From Flavobacteriales bacterium (GTDB lineage Bacteria > Bacteroidota > Bacteroidia > NS11-12g > UBA955), in contig CANMCY010000002.1 in the NCBI GenBank assembly GCA_947496375.1, positions 127,116-191,115 of the forward strand: DNA of 64,000 nucleotides. Reading direction: 5' to 3'. A program made the translations under genes and the position numbers. The notes under the pieces were generated by a model that saw only the letters and a list, made by a program, of their open reading frames with translations, did no database searches and was not told where the DNA came from. Below are positions 18,279 through 29,787 of this stretch, piece by piece (position 1 is the first letter of the stretch; the number at the start of each line of letters is the position of its first letter).

Positions 18279-19315
18279 GAATTTAATTTCCGAAAAGCCT
18301 GTTTTTGCTTAACCAGCATTTCTTTGGCAAGGTGAAATCCTACTACCACGGCTATTCCTAAAAACAAGCCAATAATGCCAAAAATGGCCCCTTTTTTATA
18401 GGGTTCCGGATAGGTTGCCTCCAATGGAAAGCGGATATCATCCACCACGGCTATAAAGGGCCGTTTTTTCTCCAGTTCCATTTTGGCGGCATTCAAAGCC
18501 GCCAGACTTTCTCCATACTGAGCATTCAGCATGTTAATGTCTCTCTGAAGTTGTGTCTGAGGAACACTGGCTCGGCGCATCACAGTTCCAAATCCCTGAT
18601 CCTGCATGGATGCTGAATTATATTCCTTTCCTTGCAGTGCAGCCAGCAAAGAATCCCTGCGACGAGTGGCGGCCTTAATGATCATATTGGCCCTATCCAT
18701 GCGCTTGTCGATGTAGAAATCTGAGATGGTATGAAGATGCTGCTCCAAAAAGCGCTTACAGAAAAAAGCATCGCTGTTTGAAAATGACATTACCAGCAAG
18801 CCGGATTCTTTAGACATGGCCTTGAAAGTGGGTTTAATGCCATTGCTGAAAGACCTAAGCATCTCATCTTTGCTGGGGTTGTCTCCTATTTTATACTCGC
18901 TTTTAAACCAGGCAGGGTTGGTGGAATCAACCCCCTGTTTTTCCAGCAAATGATTAATCAGGGGCATATATCGGCCGTTGGCAGATGTGTTTCTAAGCAA
19001 TGTGTATTCAATCAGCAGGTTGCTGAAGGCAAGATCATTCATAATGGCCTTGTTGCTGGTGGGTGACTGTCCGGTAATGGCCGCCATTAATGGATTGGCT
19101 GCCGGTGCTCCATTCAGTATCTCATCCTCCAGCATATAGGTAATCCGGGCTGTAAAAAAAGGTTCGTTTTGTCGTTCGTTATACCATTTATACAATCCCA
19201 AAAGGACACTAAATGCCACTGGTATATACCAGCTTCTCAGCAGCTTGCGCCAATAAGGTTTAATCAGTTTTAAATAACTGAACAGATTGAAAGGTTGCTT
19301 TGCCGGTGCGTTCAT
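18275..19315 (-). CDS. Wzz-like polysaccharide chain-length determinant (polysaccharide co-polymerase)
   Basis: One transmembrane helix at the N-terminus and one at the C-terminus, with a coiled-coil periplasmic region between them. Its ATG overlaps the stop of the upstream Wza-like gene (TAATG). Confidence 0.65.
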   Translation of the reverse strand: MNAPAKQPFNLFSYLKLIKPYWRKLLRSWYIPVAFSVLLGLYKWYNERQNEPFFTARITYMLEDEILNGAPAANPLMAAITGQSPTSNKAIMNDLAFSNLLIEYTLLRNTSANGRYMPLINHLLEKQGVDSTNPAWFKSEYKIGDNPSKDEMLRSFSNGIKPTFKAMSKESGLLVMSFSNSDAFFCKRFLEQHLHTISDFYIDKRMDRANMIIKAATRRRDSLLAALQGKEYNSASMQDQGFGTVMRRASVPQTQLQRDINMLNAQYGESLAALNAAKMELEKKRPFIAVVDDIRFPLEATYPEPYKKGAIFGIIGLFLGIAVVVGFHLAKEMLVKQKQAFRKLNS

Positions 19316-22300
19316 TATCTGCCTATTGCCAATCGATAAATACCTAATACAGACAATACCGTAGTAGCCCTCATCATGGTTTGATTGAGGAAACCATCCA
19401 CATTGAAACGCCTGCGCTGCTTGTAGGGTTCTTCTGTTTTCATGCGGTTGTTCACCACAATGGTACAACCCGGTTTGACTTTGGGGTATACTTTGAACAA
19501 CACATAATTCCGTGTAGCAATGCGTCGCCCACCCTGATACACCACCACCACTTTCTTTTTATCGGAGGTGTTGGTGAAACCGCCGCCAAAGAACTTGATG
19601 TAGAACTTGGCGCGTTTGTTTCTGAGGTAGTATGCTCCAATGTCGTTGGGGCTTTGTTTGTTCAAATCACCGGTCAGGTATACCAGGTTATCAGTGTAGG
19701 GAACATAAATGTAATCCCCGTCCTTCATGATGTGATTAAAACGCGACTTGCGGTCGCTCATGGCCTTGGGTGTTTTCAACACAATATCCAATGTATCACC
19801 GGGGGCCTGGCTTCTGCGCAAACGGCTGCCTTTGGGGTTGGCGTTGGGACGATAACCGCCTGCACGTTTAATAATGGCGGCCAGTTTATCGTTTTCTGAT
19901 TGCAGCGCATAATATCCGGGATAGTTGATAGCACCATCAATAAATACGAGCTTCAAAGGAACAAAATTGGGGTTTTTACGCACAAATACTTTATCAAATG
20001 GCTGAAGCTGCATATTCACCAGACGGTCATCAAAACTCAAGTTGCTGGTAATGGTAGTATTGAGAATCTGTGGTTTTAAGAATTGATATTTACCCTCTTT
20101 GAAGAAAAAGTTTCGTACCACTTCCACGGTGGTTCCTGCAGTAATAAACTCCAGTCCGCCTGCAGCATCTATCAGGTTTTGAAGCGTCATGTTTTCTGCA
20201 TAAACATACTCTCCTTGACGTCTAACAGGTCCATAGATAGAAACCATAAAATCATTCTTGAGTTCACTAAGGTCAAACAGCTGCAGAACATCATTCTTCT
20301 GAAGTACTATATTCTCCTTGCTATCCGGATTTTCGAGCACTTCGGCAAGGTTTACGGTTTTTAAACTCTGGTAGCCGGACTCGAGGTCAGTATGCACCAC
20401 AATAGCCCTGGATTTAAAGGTGTTGGTTTCTATTCCACCGGCCAGGTTAATCAAATCCGTCACACGCGTATTTTCGCTGAATCCAAAGGTTCCTCCTGCT
20501 TTTACCGGGCCGGTTACAGTCAGTGAGTAATTGCGCCTGAATGCCGTTTTTGAATACACCGTGATTTCATCTTTAGGCATGATTTCAAAATCAAACCATT
20601 CGCTGCCGGGTTTCACATCTTCGGGCTTAAACGGTATCAAACGTTTGTTAAAATTGGCATCTGTGCGCATGATAAAACCACTTTTTTCGTCAGCTTCATC
20701 ATTTAAACCACCCGCCATAAACAGCATTTCACCCAACTTAAGACCTGCAATGAATTGTTTTTGAAAAGGCCTTCGCACCGAGCCGGAGATTTTAACATCA
20801 TTAAATTTTCTTAAATCTGTGAGTCGGTAAATGACAATGGTATCGCGGTCTTCCAATTCCAGATCGGACGATGTTCCGGGCTTTGCCAAGGCTTCTGCAG
20901 GGTTAAAACTGATGTATTTCTTCTCGAGGGTCTTGGATGTTCTCACCAAAAATCCTCTCTCCGTAAATGCATCTGAGGTGAGTCCATTGGCGTTTTTAAT
21001 CATGCTGCTGATGCGCATGCCTTTTTTTACTTTGTAGTGCCCGGGTACTGAAACCGCACCGGAAATTTGTACCATAAACTGGTTATCGACCCCGATAAAT
21101 TTAATTTCTACTGATTCTCCACCGGTCATTACAAAATTCTTTTTGGCTTTCAGCAAACTGTCATAGTTAAGCGACAGCACCTCATATTCGTTGTTGCGGA
21201 TGCGCCTCAATAAAATGTCTTTTAAAAATGCATTGGGTTGTAAACCGCCGGCAAAGCGAATCAGGTCTGCCATGGTCTCTCCATTTTTTAATTCGTAGCG
21301 GCCGGGCCTGCGCACCGCACCACCAATATTGACAAGGTTAGCAACGGGTGCTACAATGATGTAATCGTTGTTCTGCAGAAATACATCCCGCTGATGTTTC
21401 ACGTCTGTGTAATACTCATACAAATCAAATGAATCCCTGATTTTGCCATCCCTTTTGATGTAAATATTCCTCACAGAACCAATATCCGTTGGGCCACCCA
21501 TGCTCACCAGCACGTTGAATGCACCGTTGGTGGCGGGAACCGTGTAGGTTCCGGGTGAAAACACTTCTCCAAAAATATTAACACTGACCATTCTGGGACG
21601 GGTAACAGTAACCGAAAAAGAGGATTCCTGACCACCCAGTCCCAATCGGGAACCAATCATTTCACGCACTTTTTGAAGCGACAGGCCTTTTACGAAAATT
21701 TTCTGGTATCCTTCTATGTCAATGCTTCCTGACTGACTCACTACGTAGGTTTTGCTCCAGTATCGGTATCCCCATACCTCCAGCTGAACCTGGTCACCTG
21801 TTCCCAAAACGTAATTGTCGGTAACCGCAATTTCGTCGGTTTTCTGAAAAAACTTAAAACTGCCATCGCGAAAGAACTGATGGCCGTATACACTGGCTGA
21901 AGGAAAATTCTTTTTGTTCTTGAATTTTTCCAGTTCCCTTTGCTGTTCTTCAATAATCGAACGTTCCTGCAAGGCAATTAACTTGAGGTTCTCCGTCTGT
22001 ATTCTGATTACTTCTTTCTCCTCAGGGGTGAGCAAATCCGGATCTTTTGATTTCAGATAGGCCAATTCCTGCTCCAGCTTCATACGCTGGCTTTTAAGGT
22101 TCATTTTTTTTACTTCCAGCTCATTCTTCTTTTCTTCAGGGTCAACTTCCTCATCTTCATTGCCATCATTATCCTGATTGTCAGTTTGGGCGGGTTTAGG
22201 GGTTTGCGGCTGCGGTTGATTCTGGGGTTTAGAAGTATCTGTATAGCCACCATAACCGGGCATCATTCCCGGCAACATTCCGGGAAACATAAACTGAGCT

Positions 22301-22359
22301 TGGATGCTTTCAACGCCCAATACCCAAACAAAAAACCCTATTAATATGCGCTTTTTCAC
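19315..22359 (-). CDS. Wza-like outer-membrane polysaccharide export protein. It has multiple SLBB domains and an unusual N-terminal extension that is Pro/Gln-rich followed by a coiled coil.
   Basis: Signal peptide. Poly_export-like region ([11 protein letters not shown]...). Repeated SLBB-like modules ([11 protein letters not shown].., ISGSVRRP.., [11 protein letters not shown]..). Residues about 30-150 are low-complexity, of the form QPQPQTPKP...[11 protein letters not shown]... Confidence 0.8.
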   Translation of the reverse strand: MKKRILIGFFVWVLGVESIQAQFMFPGMLPGMMPGYGGYTDTSKPQNQPQPQTPKPAQTDNQDNDGNEDEEVDPEEKKNELEVKKMNLKSQRMKLEQELAYLKSKDPDLLTPEEKEVIRIQTENLKLIALQERSIIEEQQRELEKFKNKKNFPSASVYGHQFFRDGSFKFFQKTDEIAVTDNYVLGTGDQVQLEVWGYRYWSKTYVVSQSGSIDIEGYQKIFVKGLSLQKVREMIGSRLGLGGQESSFSVTVTRPRMVSVNIFGEVFSPGTYTVPATNGAFNVLVSMGGPTDIGSVRNIYIKRDGKIRDSFDLYEYYTDVKHQRDVFLQNNDYIIVAPVANLVNIGGAVRRPGRYELKNGETMADLIRFAGGLQPNAFLKDILLRRIRNNEYEVLSLNYDSLLKAKKNFVMTGGESVEIKFIGVDNQFMVQISGAVSVPGHYKVKKGMRISSMIKNANGLTSDAFTERGFLVRTSKTLEKKYISFNPAEALAKPGTSSDLELEDRDTIVIYRLTDLRKFNDVKISGSVRRPFQKQFIAGLKLGEMLFMAGGLNDEADEKSGFIMRTDANFNKRLIPFKPEDVKPGSEWFDFEIMPKDEITVYSKTAFRRNYSLTVTGPVKAGGTFGFSENTRVTDLINLAGGIETNTFKSRAIVVHTDLESGYQSLKTVNLAEVLENPDSKENIVLQKNDVLQLFDLSELKNDFMVSIYGPVRRQGEYVYAENMTLQNLIDAAGGLEFITAGTTVEVVRNFFFKEGKYQFLKPQILNTTITSNLSFDDRLVNMQLQPFDKVFVRKNPNFVPLKLVFIDGAINYPGYYALQSENDKLAAIIKRAGGYRPNANPKGSRLRRSQAPGDTLDIVLKTPKAMSDRKSRFNHIMKDGDYIYVPYTDNLVYLTGDLNKQSPNDIGAYYLRNKRAKFYIKFFGGGFTNTSDKKKVVVVYQGGRRIATRNYVLFKVYPKVKPGCTIVVNNRMKTEEPYKQRRRFNVDGFLNQTMMRATTVLSVLGIYRLAIGR

Positions 22360-23216
22360 TTCAATAAATTGATTAAGTAATTGCCGTAACCACTTTTCTG
22401 AAGAGGAGTTGCAATTTTTTCCAGTTGATTATTGTCAATGTATCCGTTTCGCCATGCCAGTTCTTCAATACAGCCAATTTTTAGTCCTTGCCTTTCTTCA
22501 ATTACCTGAACAAACTGCCCGGCCTGCATGAGTGAAGCGAAAGTGCCTGTATCCAACCATGCGGTTCCGCGGTTAAGCACCTGCACTTTAAGTCGGCCAT
22601 TGGCAAGGTAGGTTCTGTTAACATCCGTGATTTCCAGTTCACCCCGAGGAGATGGTTTTAGGTTTTTGCTGATTTCCACCACTTCATTATCATAAAAATA
22701 CAATCCGGGAACCGCAAAATTGCTTTTCGGAATTGCGGGCTTTTCTTCAATGGAAAGTGCATTCATTTCTGCATCGAATGCTACCACACCGTATCTTTCA
22801 GGATCGCTTACATGGTAGGCAAACACAATTCCACCCTGAGGGTTCCGGCACTGCTGAAGGGTTTCCATCAGATCTGACCCAAAGAAAATATTATCTCCCA
22901 GAATTAGACTAACATTGTCATCACCAATAAATTTTTCACCTAGAACAAAGGCCTGAGCTAGGCCCTCGGGCCTGGGCTGAACACAATATTCAAAACGGCA
23001 ACCCAGCTGTGAACCATCGCCAAGCAATTTTTCAAACAGGGGCAGATCGTGGGGAGTAGAAATAATGAGCACTTCTCTGATACCGGCCATCAGCAGGGTT
23101 GAGAGCGGATAGTACACCATGGGCTTATCGTATACCGGCATAAGCTGCTTGCTCATGGCCAGGGTAAGCGGGTGTAAACGGGTGCCGGAACCTCCGGCCA
23201 GAATGATGCCTTTCAT
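22356..23216 (-). CDS. rfbA: Glucose-1-phosphate thymidylyltransferase
   Basis: [18 protein letters not shown]... is the canonical RfbA N-terminus. There is a 4-nt overlap with the wza-like start. Confidence 0.9.
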   Translation of the reverse strand: MKGIILAGGSGTRLHPLTLAMSKQLMPVYDKPMVYYPLSTLLMAGIREVLIISTPHDLPLFEKLLGDGSQLGCRFEYCVQPRPEGLAQAFVLGEKFIGDDNVSLILGDNIFFGSDLMETLQQCRNPQGGIVFAYHVSDPERYGVVAFDAEMNALSIEEKPAIPKSNFAVPGLYFYDNEVVEISKNLKPSPRGELEITDVNRTYLANGRLKVQVLNRGTAWLDTGTFASLMQAGQFVQVIEERQGLKIGCIEELAWRNGYIDNNQLEKIATPLQKSGYGNYLINLLK

Positions 23217-23356
23217 GAAACGATGGCAAATATACCAAGGGGTTACCTGTAGATACGGGAGTTGTCCATGAACTGTAATAATTATTGGACAGAGCAACCC
23301 TTAGTCCGTTCTTTTATGCCATTGGTCGGACAGGGCACATTCACTGCAAACAGTTG

Positions 23357-24337
23357 TTACAATGGATCCACCCACTTAAACCGCATTGATTCGACGGGAA
23401 CTTTCAGTCTTTCAGACAGTTTTTCCAGTCTGGCGGGAAGTGCCATCAGATAATCGCGTGATTTTTCGGCCGTTTCGTTCAGCCCGCAAAGTCCCCCAAC
23501 ATTCCAGTGGGCCAATAATGTTTTTAGAATAGTGATATAATCCTCTGCTGTGTAAACACCCAGTCGCTGAGCCGCATCTGCAAAGGCCTGAAAGGACTCA
23601 CCCACTGCCTGACCCGACTGCCTGAGCAGGTTGGCCGGCATCGCTATTTTTCGCTTCATCATATCGGCGAATACACTCAATACTTCAGATGCATCTAGCT
23701 CTATAATCTTTTTAACAAATTCACGATATGCCAGATGGTGGCGCATTTCATCACCGGCGATGGTTCTGCATAGCTTTTCCAGGTGGTGATTGCCTTTTTC
23801 TCTGGCTAACTCACCCACTCTCTTGTGCGAAATATGGGTGGCAAGCTCCTGAAAGCTGGTGTAAACGAAGTTTCGGTACGGGTCGCGATCCAGGCCCAGA
23901 TCAAATCCATCCATGATCAAATACTGTGTACTTATCTCAACTTCCCTCATGTTTACCCTACCGCTTAAATACAGGTATTTATTCAGTAAATCACCATGCC
24001 TGTTTTCTTCTGCACTCCACTGTCTTATCCAGTTGCTCCACGCGTTTCCATTTTCCTGATCTACCCCCTGCACATTCATTAGCCAACTCTCATACGTAGG
24101 CAGTGCCTCTTCCGTTATCATATCGCCAATCAACACTATCCAGAAATCGTAATCCAGCTCCAGGGCAGCTTCTTTCAGTTCTTTCACCCTGGGTATAAAA
24201 TTCTCCTCTCGTGAATCAGGCAAAAAATCGGACGGCTGCCAGATTTGCTCGGCCGGTATCAGGTATTTTTCCGTAAAGCCGGCAACATCCTTTTCCATTG
24301 ACCGCATCACTTCCATTCTCACATCCAATAAAGACAT
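23357..24337 (-). CDS. Soluble di-iron acyl-ACP desaturase-like protein (FA_desaturase_2, ferritin-like)
   Basis: EENRHGDLL and DEMRHHLAY are di-iron ligand motifs. The size is about 326 aa. Confidence 0.7.
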   Translation of the reverse strand: MSLLDVRMEVMRSMEKDVAGFTEKYLIPAEQIWQPSDFLPDSREENFIPRVKELKEAALELDYDFWIVLIGDMITEEALPTYESWLMNVQGVDQENGNAWSNWIRQWSAEENRHGDLLNKYLYLSGRVNMREVEISTQYLIMDGFDLGLDRDPYRNFVYTSFQELATHISHKRVGELAREKGNHHLEKLCRTIAGDEMRHHLAYREFVKKIIELDASEVLSVFADMMKRKIAMPANLLRQSGQAVGESFQAFADAAQRLGVYTAEDYITILKTLLAHWNVGGLCGLNETAEKSRDYLMALPARLEKLSERLKVPVESMRFKWVDPL

Positions 24338-24480
24338 GGGTGCAAGGTACAGCTAATTTATGGGTTGAAAGAAAATAAAATCAGTTTATTACGGCCAGAA
24401 ACGTCATGTGAACCTTACGCCCGATAGCATTATTTTGTATACCATCCTGCCATTTAAAAGGCCGACGCCGGATATTAATT

Positions 24481-25380
24481 TCACTCCCAGCCCGCCTGTT
24501 TCGCAACCAGGGCAAGTCCATCGCTGAAGTTGTGCGGAGCATAGCCCAGTTCTTTCTGCGCCTTGCTAATATCAAGCCCGGTAATGGGCGGTCTTTTCGC
24601 GGGCTGATTTAATGTTTCGCTGCTCACCAAAGAAATTTGATCCAATTGGAAGTCAAAATATTGGCCCACTCGCTCCATGAGTTCGTGTATACCAAAATAA
24701 TCCGGTCCGGCTATATTGTATATGCCACTTGCCTGTTTTTGTTGAACCAGAAAGCACCCCATGGCCAAATCTTCGGCGAGGGTTGGTGTTCTGTATTGAT
24801 CGTTCACCACCTTGGCCGCTGTGCCATTTTTGAGCGTCTGGTATGCCCATAGCACAATATTGCTGCGGCTCATATCCTGTACTACTCCGTAAACCAATAC
24901 CGTTCTTAATATTGCCCAGTCACGTGCATACTGCATTACCCTTTTTTCACCTTCCCATTTACTGCGTCCATAATTACTAAGGGGCCTGGGCTCTTCTTCT
25001 TCTGTGTACATCGGATGGGTTCCATCGAAAATAAAATCTGTACTTAGGTGAATTAGTTTAAAGCCCAGTTCAGAGGACAGCCGGGCCAGGTTTTCCACTG
25101 CATCAACATTCATGGCATCACAACCTGTTTTGTCTGACTCACAGGCGTCTACGTTGGTCATGGCAGCTGTGTTGATGACGGCTTTGGGCTTATACTTCTC
25201 TAACAATGACCTCATCCTGCCATGATCAGTAATATCGGCATCCTCATAAAAATAACCGGTTTTGACCGGATGTCTGTTCGGGCCCTTACCGGTTGCCACA
25301 AATGGTATTTCCGGATGCCTCAGGTATAAATCAGTGAGTTTTTGGCCCAGCAGGCCGTTAGATCCGGTAATGAAAACCAT
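24481..25380 (-). CDS. rfbD: dTDP-4-dehydrorhamnose reductase
   Basis: MVFITGSNGLLGQ Rossmann fold, YxxxK (YGRSK), and RmlD-like length. Confidence 0.85.
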   Translation of the reverse strand: MVFITGSNGLLGQKLTDLYLRHPEIPFVATGKGPNRHPVKTGYFYEDADITDHGRMRSLLEKYKPKAVINTAAMTNVDACESDKTGCDAMNVDAVENLARLSSELGFKLIHLSTDFIFDGTHPMYTEEEEPRPLSNYGRSKWEGEKRVMQYARDWAILRTVLVYGVVQDMSRSNIVLWAYQTLKNGTAAKVVNDQYRTPTLAEDLAMGCFLVQQKQASGIYNIAGPDYFGIHELMERVGQYFDFQLDQISLVSSETLNQPAKRPPITGLDISKAQKELGYAPHNFSDGLALVAKQAGWE

Positions 25381-25435
25381 GCAATTAATTAGGGACAAAT
25401 TTATGGAAACACACCATTGTTTATCCCTTTTTTTA

Positions 25436-26779
25436 TCACCCAATCATGCCTTTTGCTTTGAGTTCAAGGTATTTATTGAGGGTACTGATGGTCAGCTCTT
25501 CAGGTTTGCATACGATACTTTGTATACCGTGGTTGGCAAGTTCTACGGCCATTTGCTTTTTATCAGCCACCATTTGCCTGGCAACCATGCGGTTGTATAT
25601 TTCCTGCAAACTGCCTGAGGGTTCAAAAGCAAATTGCTCCACCTCTGCATTGCTAAAAAACACTACCACCAATAGGTGATGTTTATTGAGTTTTCGCAAA
25701 ACCGACATCACCCTTTGCATGGCCACCAGCGTTTCAAAATTGGTGAACAAAAACAGGAGAGCTCTTCCCTGACTCACACGCTTTAAGGCATTATAAACAA
25801 ATTCGTAATCGGCCTCGGTGCGTCGGTATTTTTCGGCATGGAGGGCATCCATAATTCGGCCCATTTGTCCCGGGCTGCTGTCAGCACGCAGGGCTGTTCC
25901 CAACCGATCTGAGAAAGTAAGTAATCCTGCCTTGTCGCCTTTCTGGAGCGCAATGTTGGCGACTACAGCACCGGCATTGACCGCATAATCAAGCAATGTC
26001 ATTCCCCCAAAAGCCATGTTCATGGGTCTGCTTTTGTCTATGAGCACATATACGGGCTGGGCTTTTTCTTCGGTAAAATGATTGGTTTTAAGGGAGGTTG
26101 TTTTCCCCGTGGCCTTCCAGTTGATATGCCTTATATCATCTCCCTGAACGTATTCCTTAATTTGCTCAAATTCATAGCTCATGCCAATACGCCTGACTTT
26201 TTTGAAACCATGAAATCGGGCGATATTTTGGAGGGTGTATAAACTATATTTTCTAAGTTGAACAAAGCTGGGATAAACAGATACCTCCTGCACTTGTTCC
26301 TTACTGACCCTTCTGCCCAGCAGCCCCAGAGGAGTGCTGATGATAACACGGATTTGACCGAAAGAATACAACCCGCGTTTCAGTGGTTTTACGGTATATT
26401 GTTTTTCAGCGCTTCGGTATGGTCCTAAAGAGGCATTAAGGGAAAATCGGCGCTCCTGAAGTTCTACCGGTAATTCATCCCAGATGCGGCACTGCCATGG
26501 CAACGGGGACTTGTTTTGAAGTAAAATCACCACGATGTTGTCATCCCCCAGGCTCCATTTAGGGCTGCATTCTCTCTGTAGTTCCAGCGGATTAGATGGA
26601 ATAAACAGCAAAAGCAAATCCATTATTGCAGCAGCAGACAGCAGCAGCAAAGCAGTTTGTGCAACTGATAGCAGAAATGGAAAGGGGTAAGCCATCACAA
26701 ACAAAACCCATACGCAGGAAAGCAGCCACCATGTTCGCGGCTGCATATACAAATCAAAGCGTTGGGCCAGTTTATTCAT
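25436..26779 (-). CDS. DUF58 domain protein. It is vWA-like and a partner of MoxR, and has an N-terminal transmembrane anchor.
   Basis: DUF58 core (HINWKATGKT...VYVLIDKSRPM), two N-terminal transmembrane helices, and an overlap with the MoxR stop. Confidence 0.75.
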   Translation of the reverse strand: MNKLAQRFDLYMQPRTWWLLSCVWVLFVMAYPFPFLLSVAQTALLLLSAAAIMDLLLLFIPSNPLELQRECSPKWSLGDDNIVVILLQNKSPLPWQCRIWDELPVELQERRFSLNASLGPYRSAEKQYTVKPLKRGLYSFGQIRVIISTPLGLLGRRVSKEQVQEVSVYPSFVQLRKYSLYTLQNIARFHGFKKVRRIGMSYEFEQIKEYVQGDDIRHINWKATGKTTSLKTNHFTEEKAQPVYVLIDKSRPMNMAFGGMTLLDYAVNAGAVVANIALQKGDKAGLLTFSDRLGTALRADSSPGQMGRIMDALHAEKYRRTEADYEFVYNALKRVSQGRALLFLFTNFETLVAMQRVMSVLRKLNKHHLLVVVFFSNAEVEQFAFEPSGSLQEIYNRMVARQMVADKKQMAVELANHGIQSIVCKPEELTISTLNKYLELKAKGMIG

Positions 26780-27774
26780 CAGCGGGGCACTTCCACGGTT
26801 TTGAGGATTTCTTCCACCACCTGCTTGATTGCAATACCCTCCATTTCACTTTCGGGTGTAAGGATAAGGCGGTGATTCAGTACCGGATAGGTTACTGTCC
26901 TGATATCATCGGGGGTAACAAAGCTGCGGCCATTCATGGCGGCAATCACACGGCTGCTGCGCATAATCGCAAGACCGGCGCGGGGAGAGGCCCCCAGATA
27001 TAAATCACGATGGTTGCGGGTTGCGCTTATCACACCGGCTATGTAGCGCAACAACTCATCTTTCACATAGACCTTGTCCAGCAGAGCCCTGATTTCTTTC
27101 ACCTTGGCGGCAGTAAGCACGGGTTTGATGCCGGCAATGGCTGTGGATGTGTCACCGCTACTGAACCTTGATAAAATCTGATATTCCTCCTCGGGAGAAG
27201 GGTATTCCATCACGATTTTCATCATGAAGCGGTCTTGCTGTGCTTCAGGCAATTTATAGGTTCCTTCCTGTTCTATGGGGTTTTGGGTTGCGAGCACCAT
27301 AAACGGCTGCGGAACGGGATGGGTGGTACCGTCAATGGTAACCTGATGCTCTTCCATCACCTCGAATAACGCCGCCTGTGTTTTAGCGGGTGAGCGGTTA
27401 ATTTCATCAATCAACACAATATTGGCAAACACAGGACCCCGTTTAAATTCAAATTCGTGGTTTTTAAGGTTAAACACACTGGTTCCGGTTACGTCGGCCG
27501 GCATCAGATCCGGTGTAAACTGGATACGGCTAAAATCGAGATCAAGAGAGCGTGCCAGCAATTTAGCCGCTGTAGTTTTGGCTATTCCGGGTACCCCTTC
27601 CAGCAGGATATGACCATTAGAGAAGAGTGCGGAAAGCATTAAATCTACCATGTTTTGCTGACCAATCAGCACTTTACTCATTTCCGCCCTGATTTGTGCA
27701 ACCGCAGTGTGAAACGGCTCCAGATTCAGCTCATGCGGACTTTGCAGTTCGTTTTGTATTTCCTGATTTTCCAT
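26779..27774 (-). CDS. MoxR-family AAA+ ATPase
   Basis: Walker A GVPGIAKT, Walker B LIDEINR, and the MoxR-type sequence VLATQNPIEQEGTY. Confidence 0.9.
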   Translation of the reverse strand: MENQEIQNELQSPHELNLEPFHTAVAQIRAEMSKVLIGQQNMVDLMLSALFSNGHILLEGVPGIAKTTAAKLLARSLDLDFSRIQFTPDLMPADVTGTSVFNLKNHEFEFKRGPVFANIVLIDEINRSPAKTQAALFEVMEEHQVTIDGTTHPVPQPFMVLATQNPIEQEGTYKLPEAQQDRFMMKIVMEYPSPEEEYQILSRFSSGDTSTAIAGIKPVLTAAKVKEIRALLDKVYVKDELLRYIAGVISATRNHRDLYLGASPRAGLAIMRSSRVIAAMNGRSFVTPDDIRTVTYPVLNHRLILTPESEMEGIAIKQVVEEILKTVEVPR

Positions 27775-29035
27775 AATTTTTTCTATATTCTTCGTAAAAA
27801 CGGCCTATGGCCTTGTTGGTTTCTGTTAATTCCGCTGCGCTCAGTGATTCATGATGCCTGTATTTTTCATGCACCGATACAACATGTTCAATGGTTTTTA
27901 TTGAAACACCGGTTTTATCGGAAAGCTTCTTCAATTCCTCTTCATTCAGGGATTTTAGGCGAAACCGAAACTGTTGCTGCAAAAAGGATACAAACTGATT
28001 CCATTCTCGCTGATATACCAGTGCGTTTTGCTTTTCGTTTTTGTAAAAACGACCTATGGCATCTACGAATGCCATGGTGTGATTTGCAGGGGGTTCAATA
28101 ACCGGTATACCTCGCTGTTTGCGTCTGCCTGCAAAAACCAGAAACAACACAACCGACACCAGCAATAATTGCCAGGCATACCACAAAGCCGGTTCCCCTT
28201 TAATAAAATCCAGCATGTTGCTGTTTTCTGATGTGACGGCATCTTTTTTAGGGAAACCAGCCCCACGATCAAACACCACCCGATTTCCGGGCAGGTGCCT
28301 CAGCACATTGGAAAGATAAGCCCTTCCATAGGGTAAAGTCTGATACACATTCCCAAACATGACAGGATTTGCGTGCAAAAAAAGCTTGCCGGAACCATGA
28401 TAGATGCATATAAAGTCCGGTCCTTTTTGAGAATTTGCGGAAACAATGGCCAAACCGGTTGGATCCTCACTGCCGGGTGAAAAATCGGTTTCTTCCGGCT
28501 TGGTAAAAGACTGGAAGGTCAGCCAACCTCTGGATTCCGGTATCAGGCGGTTATAGTGATAAAAAACCACCCTGGAGGGGTTCGCCTGCTTATGACGGAA
28601 AACTACTGGGAATGAATCGTAATCATTAACCTCTGTTTCGGAATTTTTAAGCAGGGGAAAAGCATCCAGCAGTGCTTCCGGCATACCCGCGGCGCTGATA
28701 AAAGCCGTGCCACCCTCAAAAACATGGTCCTTCAACACGGCTGCCTCGTCGGCCGTCAGGTAGCAATTTCGGCCAACAAACATATAAATATCGGCATTGC
28801 CCGGGTTTATGTCTTTGGTATTGTCGGTCAGACTTTCATTGTCTTTGATTTCATCAAATTGCCCTCCGTATTCCGTCTTTATCGTTTCGTAAAAAATGGA
28901 AAGATCATAGGGTTCATTTTCTCCAAGGCGATACGTTCGGTTCCATTTGTATTTATTGCCGTCCCGGTTGATAAAATACAGCAGTCCTACCAGCGATAGC
29001 AGCACCAGACCAACGATTACAGCACGATTATTCAC
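27731..29035 (-). CDS. DUF4350-like membrane-anchored protein
   Basis: An N-terminal transmembrane helix, a large extracytoplasmic domain and an internal transmembrane helix. It sits in the typical gene-order position between the DUF4129 and MoxR genes. Confidence 0.55.
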   Translation of the reverse strand: MNNRAVIVGLVLLSLVGLLYFINRDGNKYKWNRTYRLGENEPYDLSIFYETIKTEYGGQFDEIKDNESLTDNTKDINPGNADIYMFVGRNCYLTADEAAVLKDHVFEGGTAFISAAGMPEALLDAFPLLKNSETEVNDYDSFPVVFRHKQANPSRVVFYHYNRLIPESRGWLTFQSFTKPEETDFSPGSEDPTGLAIVSANSQKGPDFICIYHGSGKLFLHANPVMFGNVYQTLPYGRAYLSNVLRHLPGNRVVFDRGAGFPKKDAVTSENSNMLDFIKGEPALWYAWQLLLVSVVLFLVFAGRRKQRGIPVIEPPANHTMAFVDAIGRFYKNEKQNALVYQREWNQFVSFLQQQFRFRLKSLNEEELKKLSDKTGVSIKTIEHVVSVHEKYRHHESLSAAELTETNKAIGRFYEEYRKNYGKSGNTKRTAKSA

Positions 29036-29787
29036 CTGCGGCTCCTTTCTGCCATTTCATGGAAAGCCGGTGCAAGCTGCTTGTATTGGTGATCATCAGG
29101 TGTGGCCTCGCCGTACCATACCATCTCATATATGCCGGTGATGTGGCTAAACAACCCATGCAACCCCGCTTTCTCCAGCTCCTCAATATACTGACGGTTC
29201 GTTTTTTCGGGAGAGGGTTTTACCCTTTCACTGTCTATGAGTTGTTTAAGACTTTTGAGGTAAAGTAACCGTATGGCAAGGCGGTATTGTTTGCCTTCTA
29301 CAGCGTCCTGCAGGTCTGTTTCCAGGGTTAGAGAATCAAGGTTCCATGCTTCTTCCCACTCGGCAGGACCCGCCAGAGAAGTTCGCCTGCTGTAGCGGTT
29401 GCGCTTACCCGATTTGAAGATTAAATAGACCAGTAAACTGACCAGTATCACTACTGCTACCCAAAAGATAAAATCCTTGAAACGCCCGATGTTGCCGGGA
29501 ACATCAAAATCGGGTTTGCGGAATTTTGATTTAGACACTTGCTCCGGAGTCGTTTCTGCATAATTTACATTTTTTACCCGCTCCTCCATGGCCCTGGCAT
29601 CTGCTTTTTTGCCTGTTAACGGTTCCTTTTCGAAAACTTCCTGCCCCCCGGCGGTATATGGCATTGCAGAGGATGAATCGGCAACAACCTCATTCCCTAT
29701 AACGGATTCCTCCACAGGGGTTTGGTATTGTGCATTCAAGGAAAACACACAGCAAAACACCAATAGCAGACTACTCTGTTTCCACAC
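29032..29787 (-). CDS. DUF4129-like protein
   Basis: Signal peptide or transmembrane segment, an internal transmembrane helix, and the C-terminal helical domain ..QYRLAIRLLYLKSLKQLID... There is a 4-nt overlap with the downstream gene. Confidence 0.55.
   Translation of the reverse strand: MWKQSSLLLVFCCVFSLNAQYQTPVEESVIGNEVVADSSSAMPYTAGGQEVFEKEPLTGKKADARAMEERVKNVNYAETTPEQVSKSKFRKPDFDVPGNIGRFKDFIFWVAVVILVSLLVYLIFKSGKRNRYSRRTSLAGPAEWEEAWNLDSLTLETDLQDAVEGKQYRLAIRLLYLKSLKQLIDSERVKPSPEKTNRQYIEELEKAGLHGLFSHITGIYEMVWYGEATPDDHQYKQLAPAFHEMAERSRR

Noticed and set aside
19381-19899. 172-aa plus-strand ORF inside the Wza-like gene. Similar antisense ORFs are at 34604..35164, 36873..37541, 37818..38153, 42614..43066, 46477..47034, 49089..49430 and 51007..51477.
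   Set aside because: Each lies entirely antisense to or within a well-supported gene, has no recognisable motifs, and has unusual composition. They are typical six-frame artefacts.
26779-27774. Alternative MoxR start at 27681, chosen to remove the 44-nt overlap with the DUF4350 gene
   Set aside because: MoxR N-termini normally include the region before the VLIGQ motif. I kept the longer ORF but note the uncertainty.
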